32,000 nucleotides of DNA from Flavobacteriaceae bacterium (GTDB lineage Bacteria; Bacteroidota; Bacteroidia; Flavobacteriales; Flavobacteriaceae). Position numbers and translations under genes: made by a program. Shown here in pieces: positions 16,652 through 25,896 of this stretch. Where the stretch lies: assembly GCA_965224465.1 (NCBI GenBank), contig OZ245049.1, positions 5,070,001 to 5,102,000 of the forward strand, read 5' to 3'. Numbering within the stretch: the first letter of the stretch is position 1; each line of letters starts with the position of its first letter. The notes under the pieces were generated by a model that was not told where the DNA came from, did not search any database, and saw only the letters and a list, made by a program, of their open reading frames with translations.

Positions 16652-17350
16652 TTATTTGTTTTTCTTTGTAAACGGAATCAAGTAGGAGAGGGTGTAGTTA
16701 AATCCGACGCCATTGTTATTGAGATTTACGGTGTTTATACCTGGAATGTAAAGGTTTTTGAAATTGTCAGGTTGGGTTTGACTAAGGATGCCTTTTAAGC
16801 TAACGCTAAACCCAAGGTATAGATTGTTGAATATTTCTGCTTTTATACCGAAAATAAATTCTGCCCAATGTGCTGTTAAATGATCGTATTTAATTGGAGT
16901 AGTCAACGATTGACCTGTAAAATATGTTCCATTTTGATTTGGACTTATGCTATTAATTGTATGTCTAAAGGTACTAAAACCATAGCGAAATCCTATAAAA
17001 ATTTCGTTTTGCATGTCTAACCAATTTTTGTAAGCATTAAAATTTATTCCTGCTTTTATGTAGCTTCCCTTGGTTGTAAAATTAAAATAGTCTTCGTCTG
17101 ATATTTTGTTTGAGGCTCCTAATTCTGCCGCAATAAATAGATTCGGTTTTATGCGATAATCGGCTGTTATTTCAAAGCCTTTGTTTTGATTGTCAAAAAG
17201 GGAATGTATCGGCTTGCTGATGTCTATTCCAACACGTATACCGTATTTTTGATTTTTGGGCAACGGTATAGAATCTTGAACTTCTGTACTTACTTGCCCC
17301 ATCATAACAATAGAACTTAGGAGCAAACAACTAATGATATATTTTAACAT
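16652..17350 (-). CDS. putative outer-membrane beta-barrel protein
   Basis: 232-aa ORF with a signal peptide. Alternating hydrophobic/aromatic strand pattern (YGIRVGIDIS, ITADYRI, FIAAELGAS, FGIKAEIF, GFNYTLSYLIPF). Its start overlaps the upstream lipoprotein gene by 20 nt. Confidence 0.55.
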   Translation of the reverse strand: MLKYIISCLLLSSIVMMGQVSTEVQDSIPLPKNQKYGIRVGIDISKPIHSLFDNQNKGFEITADYRIKPNLFIAAELGASNKISDEDYFNFTTKGSYIKAGINFNAYKNWLDMQNEIFIGFRYGFSTFRHTINSISPNQNGTYFTGQSLTTPIKYDHLTAHWAEFIFGIKAEIFNNLYLGFSVSLKGILSQTQPDNFKNLYIPGINTVNLNNNGVGFNYTLSYLIPFTKKNK

Positions 17351-17786
17351 GTTCTGTTTTTTGATCGTTAATAGTGGTTTCTTCTATGCTTATTTTTTTG
17401 ATCCAATTGTTCGAAACTGTTGCTTTTAAATCGTTAAATTGAGTGCGGTATCCACAGGATTTCGACATAAAAATCTGTTTTGTGCTATAACTAAAGCTTA
17501 CCTTGTCTATGAGTGCTCCTTGGGTAAATTGATAGTTTGTATTCAAACTATAAACATCCAGTGGAAGTTGAATAGAATCTGTAGTTTTAGAGGTAATAAG
17601 ATCATCTTTGCCAATCACTTTCGCTGAGAATTTAATAACTTCCTTTCGTGTGTCAGGAGCATTGTTGTCATAAAATGTGATGATTAAACTGGGCGTAGGT
17701 TGTATGGTTTGGTCACATATTTCATCACTTTCACAGGATGAAATCATTAAAAAGCTACAAGCTAAAAGAATAAATATTCTTTTCAT
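17331..17786 (-). CDS. hypothetical lipoprotein
   Basis: The ATG at 17786 gives MKRIFILLACSFLMISSCESDEIC, a signal peptide plus lipobox. The 17 codons upstream in the track ORF are probably not translated. Confidence 0.55.
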   Translation of the reverse strand: MKRIFILLACSFLMISSCESDEICDQTIQPTPSLIITFYDNNAPDTRKEVIKFSAKVIGKDDLITSKTTDSIQLPLDVYSLNTNYQFTQGALIDKVSFSYSTKQIFMSKSCGYRTQFNDLKATVSNNWIKKISIEETTINDQKTEHVKIYH

Positions 17787-17894
17787 AAAATTATTTTTTA
17801 ATGCCATTGGTGGCAATATCTTTTTGTTAAACGTCAAAAATACTAAGAAAATAGATGGTTTTTCTAATTTTAAGGTTTCTTTCTCAAGATTTCC

Positions 17895-18860
17895 TTATTT
17901 CAGCGTCTCGGAACTAAGATATTTCTCTCTTTTGTAGTGTATGCCTTGAAAGTAATTCTTTTGAATAAGTATTTTGTCTATTTTGTCTAGCATGGCATAA
18001 TTTTTAATACCTCCCCAGTTAGGTGCTACTAATAACTCTTTTGGAGATTCACTTATAAAGCGTTCTAATATTAAATCTGGGCGTAAGACCGCTATAAATT
18101 CGGTGATGAATTCTAAGTAATTATCGACGGAAAATAAGTTGAAATCTGTTGGGTTTTTACGGTATTGTACAGCCATCATGGTGTGTTTTACAATTTGTAA
18201 ATGATGGATTTTTAAACTGTCAATTGGCAAGGCTGATAATTTGGCGGCATGCGCCATCATTTCTTGTTCTGATTCTCCTGGAAGCCCTAAAATAATATGT
18301 GCTCCAAGATGTATGCCTCTGCCTTTTACACAGTCGTAGGCAGCAATTGTTTCTTCAAAAGTATGGCATCTGTTGACCCTTTTTAAAGTCTTGTTTAAAG
18401 TGCTTTCTACACCAAATTCTAAAGATATATAGGTGGTTTTGGCTAGTTCTTCCAAAAAATCAATCAATGCTTCGCTGATGCAATCGGGTCTAGTTCCAAT
18501 TACTATTCCGAGTACTTTTGGGTGGCTCAGGGCTTCCAAATACAATTTTTTTACCAGCTTAATGTCGGCATATGTATTGGTATAGGCTTGGAAATAGGCA
18601 AGATATTGCTGTGTTTTGTATTTCTTAGAAAACACAGCAATGCCTTCATTTAATTGTTGAGTGATCCCTTTTATGGGGTTGCAATAATCGGGATTAAAGC
18701 TATTATTGTTACAATAAGTACAGCCTCCAATTCCTTTACTACCATCTCTGTTAGGGCAAGAAAATCCAGTGTCTAAGGTTATTTTCTGTACCCTTTCTCC
18801 AAAGTGATTTTTTATATAAGCACTGTAGGTATGGTATCTTTTTTTTGGGGCTTGTTGCAT
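17895..18860 (-). CDS. TIGR01212-family radical SAM protein
   Basis: 321-aa ORF. Contains FSCPNRDGSKGIGGCTYCNN, the Cys-cluster arrangement characteristic of this family, plus a TIM-barrel-like remainder. Confidence 0.8.
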   Translation of the reverse strand: MQQAPKKRYHTYSAYIKNHFGERVQKITLDTGFSCPNRDGSKGIGGCTYCNNNSFNPDYCNPIKGITQQLNEGIAVFSKKYKTQQYLAYFQAYTNTYADIKLVKKLYLEALSHPKVLGIVIGTRPDCISEALIDFLEELAKTTYISLEFGVESTLNKTLKRVNRCHTFEETIAAYDCVKGRGIHLGAHIILGLPGESEQEMMAHAAKLSALPIDSLKIHHLQIVKHTMMAVQYRKNPTDFNLFSVDNYLEFITEFIAVLRPDLILERFISESPKELLVAPNWGGIKNYAMLDKIDKILIQKNYFQGIHYKREKYLSSETLK

Positions 18861-18864
18861 TTTT

Positions 18865-20274
18865 TTATCTCAGTTCTAATACCACTACATTTTCCACGTG
18901 GTGTGTTTGTGGGAACATATCTACTGCTTGAACTTTGGTTATTTTGTACAGATGGTCCATCAAAGCGAGATCCCTAGCTTGAGTGGCAGAATTACAACTT
19001 ACATAAACAATACGTTTTGGTGCAATTTCTAATATTTTTGCGATAACATTTTTATGCATTCCATCACGAGGTGGATCGGTAATAATTACATCTGGATGCC
19101 CATGTGTATTGATAAATTCAGTATTAAAAACATCTTTCATGTCACCTACAAAAAACTCAACATTGTCTATCTTGTTGTTTTCTGCATTTAATTTTGCATC
19201 TGCAATGGCATCAGGTACAGATTCTACTCCAATTACTTTTTTGGCGTTTTTAGCAACAAATTGAGCAATTGTTCCTGTTCCTGTATACAAATCGTACACC
19301 AATTCGTTTCCTGTAAGCGCAGCTGCATCTCGTGTTATTTTATACAATTCATAGGCTTGTTCTGAATTTGTTTGATAAAAAGATTTAGGTCCAATTTTAA
19401 ATTTTAAGCCTTCCATTTCTTCAAAAATATGATCCAATCCCTTGTATAAGATAATGTCTTGATCGTAAATGGTATCATTTCCTTTCCCGTTGATTACATA
19501 TTGTAAGGAGGTGATTTCTGGAAATTTTTCAGCAATGGCATCTAAAAGAGCAATCCTGTTTTTGGTATCTTCTTTAAATAACTGAAGGACCAACATGATA
19601 TCTCCAGTAGAGGCAATGCGAATCATCATGGTTCTTAAAAAACCAGTTTGTTCTCTCGGGTTAAAAAATTCTAAGCCGTGTTCTATTCCGTAATCTTTGA
19701 TAAAATTACGAATGGCGTTTGAAGGTTCTTCTTGTAAGTGGCAAGTGGTAACATCTAATATCTTATCCCACATTCCGGCAATATGAAAACCACAAGCATT
19801 TCTGTTGTCTATTTGTTCGTTACTGTTAATTTCTTCCAAGGTTAGCCAACGTGTACTAGAAAAAGAATATTCCATTTTGTTCCTATAATAGTAGATGTTT
19901 TCACAGCCTAAAATAGGTGTGACGTCTGGCAATTCTAAATGACCAATGCGAATTAAGTTATTGGTAACCTCATTCTCTTTGTATTCCAATTGGAACTTGT
20001 ATCCCATATTTTGCCACTTACAACCACCGCAGTGCTCAAAATGTTCACATACAGGTTCTGTACGTTTATCGGATAATTTATGGAATTTTATAGCAGTACC
20101 TTCGTAATATGCTTTGCGTTTTTTTCCTGTTCTAATATCTACAACATCACCAGGTACCGTATTCGTTAAAAATATAACACGTCCATCTGGGGCTTTAGCA
20201 ACGGTTTTTCCACGTGCGCCAGCATCAATCACTTCGATATTCTCAAATATCTGTAGTTTCTTTTTTCTTGCCAT
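18865..20274 (-). CDS. rlmD: 23S rRNA (uracil-C5)-methyltransferase RlmD/RumA family
   Basis: TRAM-like N-terminus. Fe-S Cys cluster CEHFEHCGGCKWQ plus a later TTCH. SAM-binding DLYTGTGTI and catalytic DPPRDG...YVSCN. I prefer the ATG at 20274 (MARKKKLQIF). The track start at 20304 is a TTG. Confidence 0.85.
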   Translation of the reverse strand: MARKKKLQIFENIEVIDAGARGKTVAKAPDGRVIFLTNTVPGDVVDIRTGKKRKAYYEGTAIKFHKLSDKRTEPVCEHFEHCGGCKWQNMGYKFQLEYKENEVTNNLIRIGHLELPDVTPILGCENIYYYRNKMEYSFSSTRWLTLEEINSNEQIDNRNACGFHIAGMWDKILDVTTCHLQEEPSNAIRNFIKDYGIEHGLEFFNPREQTGFLRTMMIRIASTGDIMLVLQLFKEDTKNRIALLDAIAEKFPEITSLQYVINGKGNDTIYDQDIILYKGLDHIFEEMEGLKFKIGPKSFYQTNSEQAYELYKITRDAAALTGNELVYDLYTGTGTIAQFVAKNAKKVIGVESVPDAIADAKLNAENNKIDNVEFFVGDMKDVFNTEFINTHGHPDVIITDPPRDGMHKNVIAKILEIAPKRIVYVSCNSATQARDLALMDHLYKITKVQAVDMFPQTHHVENVVVLELR

Positions 20275-20374
20275 TTTGCAAAGGTACATGTTTTGTATTC
20301 TCAATACACATAGCTTTTCGGTTTTTTTATGCTTTCTTCTTCCTTTTAAATATTATATTTTTAAGACCAAGTTA

Positions 20375-20533
20375 CACCAAATACATTTCCGAGTGACGTT
20401 TTAGAAATGAAATTATTTTTCACTTTAGCTAGTCGGAAAATCTAATGATAGCCTCAGTTATCGTTCTGTTTTTTAACAACGCTAGAACGTAAAATAAACT
20501 ATTTATATTGGTCATTTTAGATTGTAATTGGTG
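20375..20533 (+). repeat. intergenic repeat family, copy D (full length, about 159 bp)
   Basis: Runs from CACCAAATACATTTCCGAGTGACGTTTTAGAAATGAAATTATTTTT through TATCGTTCTGTTTTTTAACAACGCTAGAACGTAAAATAAACTATTTATATTGGTCATTTTAGATTGTAATTGGTG. Its termini form the imperfect inverted repeat CACCAA(A/T)TACA. Confidence 0.7.
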
Positions 20534-20638
20534 TTATTTGTTAATGTCGTATCATTAAATGGAATTATTTTTTACAAATAGGCTGTAAAAAAACATAACT
20601 TCCCCGAATTACAGAAAACTTAAATGCAATGAGTGCAT

Positions 20639-20667
20639 AAAAAAAGCACCTAGAAAAGGTGCTTTTT
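20639..20667 (-). terminator. rho-independent terminator downstream of the cytochrome c gene
   Basis: AAAAAAA-AGCACCT-AGAAA-AGGTGCT-TTTTT. The 7-bp GC-containing stem has a 7-T run on the minus-strand reading. Confidence 0.7.
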
Positions 20668-20685
20668 AGATAGATGTGAAAAATA

Positions 20686-21114
20686 TTATTTAACACTTCT
20701 TATATAGGCGGCTAATGAAGCCAATTGATCTCCAGATAAATCTTTAACAAACCCATCTAAATTTGCTTTCATAATGGCAACTTGTCCAGCATCTGTATCT
20801 ACAATAGCAGCAGATTTTCCTTTTAAAAATTTGACAATGTTTCCTTTTTCAGAAGCATATTTAGCTGCAATATCCTTTACTGAGGGACCTACTACTTTTA
20901 CAGTCTCTTGATGACAGGCAATACATCCTTTTTCTGTAAATAATTTCTTCCCTTTTTCAACAGCTGAACCAACTTCTGCAACTACTTTTTCTTTTTCTAT
21001 AGTAGTGCTCACTTCTTTCTTAACTTCTTCTTTTTTAACTTCGTCTTTTTTCTTGTCTCCGCAACTTACGAACATAAATGCTGCTAAGCCTAACATTAGG
21101 ATTGAATTCTTCAT
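20686..21114 (-). CDS. mono-haem c-type cytochrome lipoprotein
   Basis: 142-aa ORF. Signal peptide plus lipobox FVSC, a Lys/Glu-rich linker, the single haem site CIACH, and a distal Met region (VAIMKAN). Confidence 0.8.
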   Translation of the reverse strand: MKNSILMLGLAAFMFVSCGDKKKDEVKKEEVKKEVSTTIEKEKVVAEVGSAVEKGKKLFTEKGCIACHQETVKVVGPSVKDIAAKYASEKGNIVKFLKGKSAAIVDTDAGQVAIMKANLDGFVKDLSGDQLASLAAYIRSVK

Positions 21115-21139
21115 GATTAATTTTGTTTATAATTGTTAT

Positions 21140-21147
21140 CAAAATTA
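21140..21147 (-). promoter_or_regulatory. candidate -7 box (TAATTTTG on minus strand)
   Basis: Matches TAnnTTTG 26 nt upstream of the cytochrome c ATG (21114). Confidence 0.35.
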
Positions 21148-21211
21148 ATTTTTTTTTTAGAGACTATGCGGCTTCCTTTAAGCTTATTTCATGACAATAG
21201 ACTAATTAGAA

Positions 21212-22084
21212 TCATTCTAATTGTTTTTGAGGTTTTAACCAAAGATAAAACGCAAGGATAATGGTACTTAGCCATGCAAAAAACTCTATATAATTAGGGT
21301 TGCTATTGTAACCGAAAAGTCCTTTTAGAAAAACACCAACTTTTCCTTTATCATGTAAAAAGTGGGTGTATGTTTTTTTCTCTTCGTTATAGGTGTAAAG
21401 CAGTGGATTGTTTGGTGTGCTTTCTGTTGGTTTAAGAATGTCCCAAACCCGTGTTATGTTTTCTTTTTCTAGTTGTTTTGATTTGACTAAAAATTCTTCC
21501 ATTTCATGTGTGCCATAGGCGACCATTGCGGCAGCAAAAAAGATAAGGAGAATAGAACTAATTTTAAAAAACAATTGTAAGGGTATTTTTTTTCCTTGTA
21601 GGATAATGGCATAGCCAATTGCTATTGAAATACTGATGCCTCCAATACACCCAATATAGGAAAATGATGTTGCATTGTTACTTGCAATTAAGAACAACGC
21701 GGTTTCAAAACCTTCTCTTGTAATAGAGAAAAAGATTAAAAAGAAAAGCGCAGTATAACTAAATGATGCTATTATTTTTTCGGCTTTACTTTTGGATTGT
21801 ACAACATTGTTTTTCATCCAAAGTATCATATAAAGCAGAAATCCAGCAGCGAGATACATTAACAATGCTTCTGTTAATTTTTCATACATGGAATTCTTAA
21901 ATATTGTTTTTAATTTAAGAAGTAAAAATGCGATACCTATACTGGCAATAATCGCTGCGACTATTGCTTTCCATAATATTTGTAACGCTTTTGGATCTTT
22001 TAATTTTAGAGCTAACGTGTAAAAAATACTTACAATTAAAACAGCTTCTAATGTTTCTCTAAATGTGATGATAAATTCGTACAT
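21212..22084 (-). CDS. FTR1/EfeU-family iron permease
   Basis: 290-aa polytopic membrane ORF with two REXXE motifs (FRETLEAV and TREGFETALF). Confidence 0.85.
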   Translation of the reverse strand: MYEFIITFRETLEAVLIVSIFYTLALKLKDPKALQILWKAIVAAIIASIGIAFLLLKLKTIFKNSMYEKLTEALLMYLAAGFLLYMILWMKNNVVQSKSKAEKIIASFSYTALFFLIFFSITREGFETALFLIASNNATSFSYIGCIGGISISIAIGYAIILQGKKIPLQLFFKISSILLIFFAAAMVAYGTHEMEEFLVKSKQLEKENITRVWDILKPTESTPNNPLLYTYNEEKKTYTHFLHDKGKVGVFLKGLFGYNSNPNYIEFFAWLSTIILAFYLWLKPQKQLE

Positions 22085-22097
22085 AAAAATGTGTTTA

Positions 22098-23480
22098 CTA
22101 AATGGCGTTTAGAAATGCAATTAATGCTTCTCGGTCTCTTTTCTTTAAATCTGTATAATATTTTCGCGAATTTTTAGCTTCTCCTCCGTGCCATAAGACG
22201 GCTTCTTCTATGTTTCTTGCACGTCCATCATGTAAAAAGTTTGTATGTCCGTTTACTAAGTTTGTCAAACCTATTCCCCATAAAGGTCTTGTTTGCCATT
22301 CGTTACCATCCGCTAAGAATTCGGGCCTGTTATCGGCTAAATCATCTCCCATATCATGTAACAATAAATCTGTATATGGATAAATGGTTTGATTTGAGAT
22401 GGCGGCTACTCCAGAGATGACTCCCGTTATATGTTTAGGAGTATGGCAGGCTACGCAATTTGCATCTTCAAAAATTTGATATCCTCTGATTACTTGTGGA
22501 TCGTCCAATCCTCTTGCTGCGGGTACTGCTAATGTTTGGCAGTATACTTCTATTTGATCTAATATCTCTTGGGTGATTTCGGGTGCTTTTTGTGCTAAGG
22601 GATTTCCGTTAGATTGTCCAGCATCGGCTTCGTTTGGAAATAAAGGACTGGTAATTCCCATATCTCCATTATAGGCTCCTGCGCTTTGAACCATCACTGA
22701 TGGAGCGCCTCCTTTCCATCCAAAACGACCTATTTTAAGGGTTTTAGAAACAGGATCCCATACACGATTTGCTTTCCCTGAAATTTCGTCTTGATCCAGG
22801 TCTAAAATGTCTTCTTTTTTTAATAAATCTGTTTCTGTAATGGCTTCTAATAGTCCCAAACCAAATACGGGAGGGCCTATTCTAGGAGAAAACATTGCAT
22901 CTGAAGGCATTGGAATGTAGCTATCAGTGACTCCGTAGATTGGTTTTTTTAAAATAATGGTACTACCATCTTTAAAATGGATAGGTAAATCTTGGTAGGT
23001 TATGGTAAATTTCACCTCTGGTTGCTTACCATAGATGGCATGGTTTTGAAGTTGCCCACCAAATCCAGGGATAGGATTAGGTCCACCATGAGCATCTGTT
23101 CCAGGAATGCTTGCTCTTAAGAAAAAACCACTTCTTGAATTGATGTTAGTTGGGAATCCAGCTCTACCATCTTTTGGGTGACAAGCAATACAAGATGTAT
23201 TGTTAAATTGTGCACCAAGTCCAGGGTTTATTTCTGCTGGAGCTGTTATAAATGCTTGTTCAAATTGCATATCTCCAGATAAGTGCATGTCTAGGTTATG
23301 TTCACTAAGATTCGGAGCGGGGTTGTCAAAAGAAAAAGAAGTATTTTCGAAAATTGTTGTTTTTCCACCTGCATATAAACGTGCTTCCTTGTCTGGTATA
23401 CTTGTTAGGTTGTGATTGTCATCTTTGGTACAGGATGATAGTAGAAGAATGGTTGCTGCAATTAGTGAAATATGTTTCAT
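22098..23480 (-). CDS. di-haem cytochrome c peroxidase-like oxidoreductase (DUF1111 family) lipoprotein
   Basis: 460-aa ORF. Lipobox LLSSC. Two CxxCH sites (CIACHPKDGR and CVACHTPKH). C-terminal FLHDGRARNIEEAVLWHGGEA block typical of DUF1111. Confidence 0.8.
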   Translation of the reverse strand: MKHISLIAATILLLSSCTKDDNHNLTSIPDKEARLYAGGKTTIFENTSFSFDNPAPNLSEHNLDMHLSGDMQFEQAFITAPAEINPGLGAQFNNTSCIACHPKDGRAGFPTNINSRSGFFLRASIPGTDAHGGPNPIPGFGGQLQNHAIYGKQPEVKFTITYQDLPIHFKDGSTIILKKPIYGVTDSYIPMPSDAMFSPRIGPPVFGLGLLEAITETDLLKKEDILDLDQDEISGKANRVWDPVSKTLKIGRFGWKGGAPSVMVQSAGAYNGDMGITSPLFPNEADAGQSNGNPLAQKAPEITQEILDQIEVYCQTLAVPAARGLDDPQVIRGYQIFEDANCVACHTPKHITGVISGVAAISNQTIYPYTDLLLHDMGDDLADNRPEFLADGNEWQTRPLWGIGLTNLVNGHTNFLHDGRARNIEEAVLWHGGEAKNSRKYYTDLKKRDREALIAFLNAI

Positions 23481-23518
23481 GTAGTGTAATGATTGGTATA
23501 AACAGAACTCTTTCCCTA

Positions 23519-23526
23519 CAAAAGTA
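23519..23526 (-). promoter_or_regulatory. candidate internal -7 box (TACTTTTG on minus strand) inside a hairpin loop
   Basis: Matches TAnnTTTG 39 nt upstream of the DUF1111 ATG. It lies in the loop of the CTCTTTC/GAAAGAG hairpin (23508-23535). The same 8-mer occurs at 25889-25896. Confidence 0.3.
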
Positions 23527-23562
23527 AAGAAAGAGCACTGTGATAAAATTAATAATATGGAC

Positions 23563-24627
23563 TTAGATTTTATTAATAATTGGTTTTATTTTTGTTTCTA
23601 AAAGTGCTTGAACAATAGCTACTTTAGTTTGTGCATTGGCTACTGCAGTACGGTTAGATACAATAGCAGTTGTAAATGTTCCTGGGATATTGTCAATTGC
23701 TTGGATGGCATCTATAATTGCCTTGTTGAAAGTGGCGTCTAATTTACTGTCTTTTGCTTTGATAATGTCAGAAAGTCCTTTTCCATCAATAAAATAAGTT
23801 CCGTTGTATATGTTTGCAATACTTTTAATATTGTTAGAGAAATCAGTTTTTGAGTTGTGGCTAAATCTTGATTCTTCTTTTGTTTGATTTGCTGCGCCTT
23901 TATTTCCGTTTAAAGGATCTTCAATTTTACTTGTAGCTACTTCATTCGCTATACCAATAAGACCTGTAACTAAAGTCTCTAATGCAGATTTTTGTGATTT
24001 ATAAACACTGTTTTCGCCTGCAGATTTAAACGTTTTAGCATAATTCTTTTTCCAAGCATTTGCCAATTGTTGCGTTCTGTTTTTTAAGTTTTCAGTTGCG
24101 GCTAATAAATATTCAAATTCACGATCTGTAAAATCTGACATTTGTTTGTTACCGTCTACAGCCCACAATAAAAATTCGATGGTGTGGAATCCTTTTATTT
24201 CATCAATTGCACTTTCAAGATAAGCTTCCGTAAGTACATCTTTAGAATTTAAAACATTTTTTAAGTCTATTTCGTTTACAGGCCAAGAATCAATAGCTGG
24301 ATCTACTCCTTCTGTATCTACAGGTCCAAATAAGAACCCTTCTGATTGTTCCCAAGGAGCTCTAGCATCTCTCCACGCTTGTTTTGCCTCGTCATAGTTA
24401 GATACAGTTTTGTTTGCCTTGAAATCTTTAATTTCATTGAATAAGATAGCTGCTTTATTGGCTAAATCGGAGTATGTTTCAACAATTACATTGTCTGTTA
24501 TGTTTTCTAAGTGCTCACTGTATAATTTGTCTGTCTCAGTATTCGTGTCATCGTCATCACAAGAGATTAACTGGATAGACAATATCGCCAAGAAGGCAAA
24601 TTTTGCGATTGTTTTGTAATTTTTCAT
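23563..24627 (-). CDS. imelysin (peptidase M75-like / EfeO C-domain-like) lipoprotein
   Basis: 354-aa ORF. Lipobox LISC. The HxxE motif in KGFHTIEFLLW and the all-helical composition are characteristic of imelysin/IrpA-like proteins. Confidence 0.8.
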   Translation of the reverse strand: MKNYKTIAKFAFLAILSIQLISCDDDDTNTETDKLYSEHLENITDNVIVETYSDLANKAAILFNEIKDFKANKTVSNYDEAKQAWRDARAPWEQSEGFLFGPVDTEGVDPAIDSWPVNEIDLKNVLNSKDVLTEAYLESAIDEIKGFHTIEFLLWAVDGNKQMSDFTDREFEYLLAATENLKNRTQQLANAWKKNYAKTFKSAGENSVYKSQKSALETLVTGLIGIANEVATSKIEDPLNGNKGAANQTKEESRFSHNSKTDFSNNIKSIANIYNGTYFIDGKGLSDIIKAKDSKLDATFNKAIIDAIQAIDNIPGTFTTAIVSNRTAVANAQTKVAIVQALLETKIKPIINKI

Positions 24628-24646
24628 GTTTGTTTAGTGATATTTA

Positions 24647-25858
24647 TTAATATATAGTAAAGCCCATTCCTAGAAGGAATGTTTTTTCTTTGTTTTTTGT
24701 ATCCATTCCCAATGTGTTTACGGCATAATGCCCTTTTAAACTAATTTTTGGATGTACCATGTAATTTGCTCCCATAGTTATAACACTGCGTTCCCAACGT
24801 GGATTGTCAAAAACATTACCTATAGTTTTGTACATGCTGTCGTAATAATCATACCTGCCAAAAACAAAGAGTTTTTTTGTTGTAGGTGTTTTTGATAGGG
24901 CTAAGATGTTATAGCCAACTTCTGCATAATATCCCAAAGAATTTTTGGCGACTGGGGTGCGTTTTACGTTTAAATTATTGGAAAGTTTTTTGTTTGTAGC
25001 TGTTAGTTTATCAGAGTTCTGGATGTTACCATATAATACCATGGCTCTAAACTTAAAATCTGTATGTTCTATATTGGCATGTATATCTACAATGCTAACC
25101 AAGCCTCTTATATGATCTAAATCTGGTTTCGGACGATTTTTATTGGCGTCACCTATATATGTACTAAAGCCGATATAACCTTTGTTTTTTAAATTGTAGT
25201 CAAACCTACTTGAAAAGGCAAGGCTATTTGTATTGATGGTTTCAAACCTTGTTTGATGTCCTCTTTTTATCCAATTTGCAGAAGTAAATCCAACACTCGA
25301 TAAGCCGTTTACAAGAAATAGTTTATAGCTAAACTGTTTATTAGCTCCTAAGTCACCTAAGAATTCAATTCCGTTTTCGTACCAGCCCATAGGTAGTAAT
25401 GCACTTTCCATAGCAGATCTATACCCTGTAAAATACTGGGTTGGGGTGTCTAACTTAGAGGCATTACCCATGTATAATTTAATACGTCCAATTCTTATAT
25501 TAAGCCACTGTTTGTATCTGAATAAAATATTTAATTGCTCTAATTTTACTGCACCTCCAGCTTCTAGTTCCGTTTCGTACTCTCCAAATTCTTCGAATTT
25601 GTCTAGTTCCATTGTAATTCCAGTACCACCATGCTCAAATTCAAATTCTGTTTTTAATTGAATTTTATCGCTAAAGTTATATTTTAAATAGATGTTTAAA
25701 CGTTCAGTATCAACTACATTTCGTTTTTCAGTGTCTGTATCCCATTCAAAATTGTAATAATTAACAACCCCATAGGCTTTGTACTCAATTTTTTTGAGGC
25801 TTTGTGCTTTACTGATAGAAAATATCAAAATAAAAAATAGTAATGTGATATGTCTCAT
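24647..25858 (-). CDS. putative outer-membrane porin-like beta-barrel protein
   Basis: 403-aa ORF with a signal peptide (SISKAQS). Alternating strand pattern throughout, with a C-terminal aromatic ending LLGMGFTIY. It is the first gene of the iron cluster. Confidence 0.6.
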   Translation of the reverse strand: MRHITLLFFILIFSISKAQSLKKIEYKAYGVVNYYNFEWDTDTEKRNVVDTERLNIYLKYNFSDKIQLKTEFEFEHGGTGITMELDKFEEFGEYETELEAGGAVKLEQLNILFRYKQWLNIRIGRIKLYMGNASKLDTPTQYFTGYRSAMESALLPMGWYENGIEFLGDLGANKQFSYKLFLVNGLSSVGFTSANWIKRGHQTRFETINTNSLAFSSRFDYNLKNKGYIGFSTYIGDANKNRPKPDLDHIRGLVSIVDIHANIEHTDFKFRAMVLYGNIQNSDKLTATNKKLSNNLNVKRTPVAKNSLGYYAEVGYNILALSKTPTTKKLFVFGRYDYYDSMYKTIGNVFDNPRWERSVITMGANYMVHPKISLKGHYAVNTLGMDTKNKEKTFLLGMGFTIY

Positions 25859-25888
25859 TTTATGTTAATTTTTTTTTCTAATTGTTTG

Positions 25889-25896
25889 CAAAAGTA
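25889..25896 (-). promoter_or_regulatory. candidate -7 box (TACTTTTG on minus strand) for the iron cluster
   Basis: Matches TAnnTTTG 31 nt upstream of the ATG at 25858. No clear -33 element. Confidence 0.35.

Noticed and set aside
20279-20286. TACCTTTG -7-box match upstream of rlmD
   Set aside because: It ends only 5 nt before the preferred ATG, so it is too close to serve as that gene's promoter unless the mRNA is leaderless. It is not reported as a feature.
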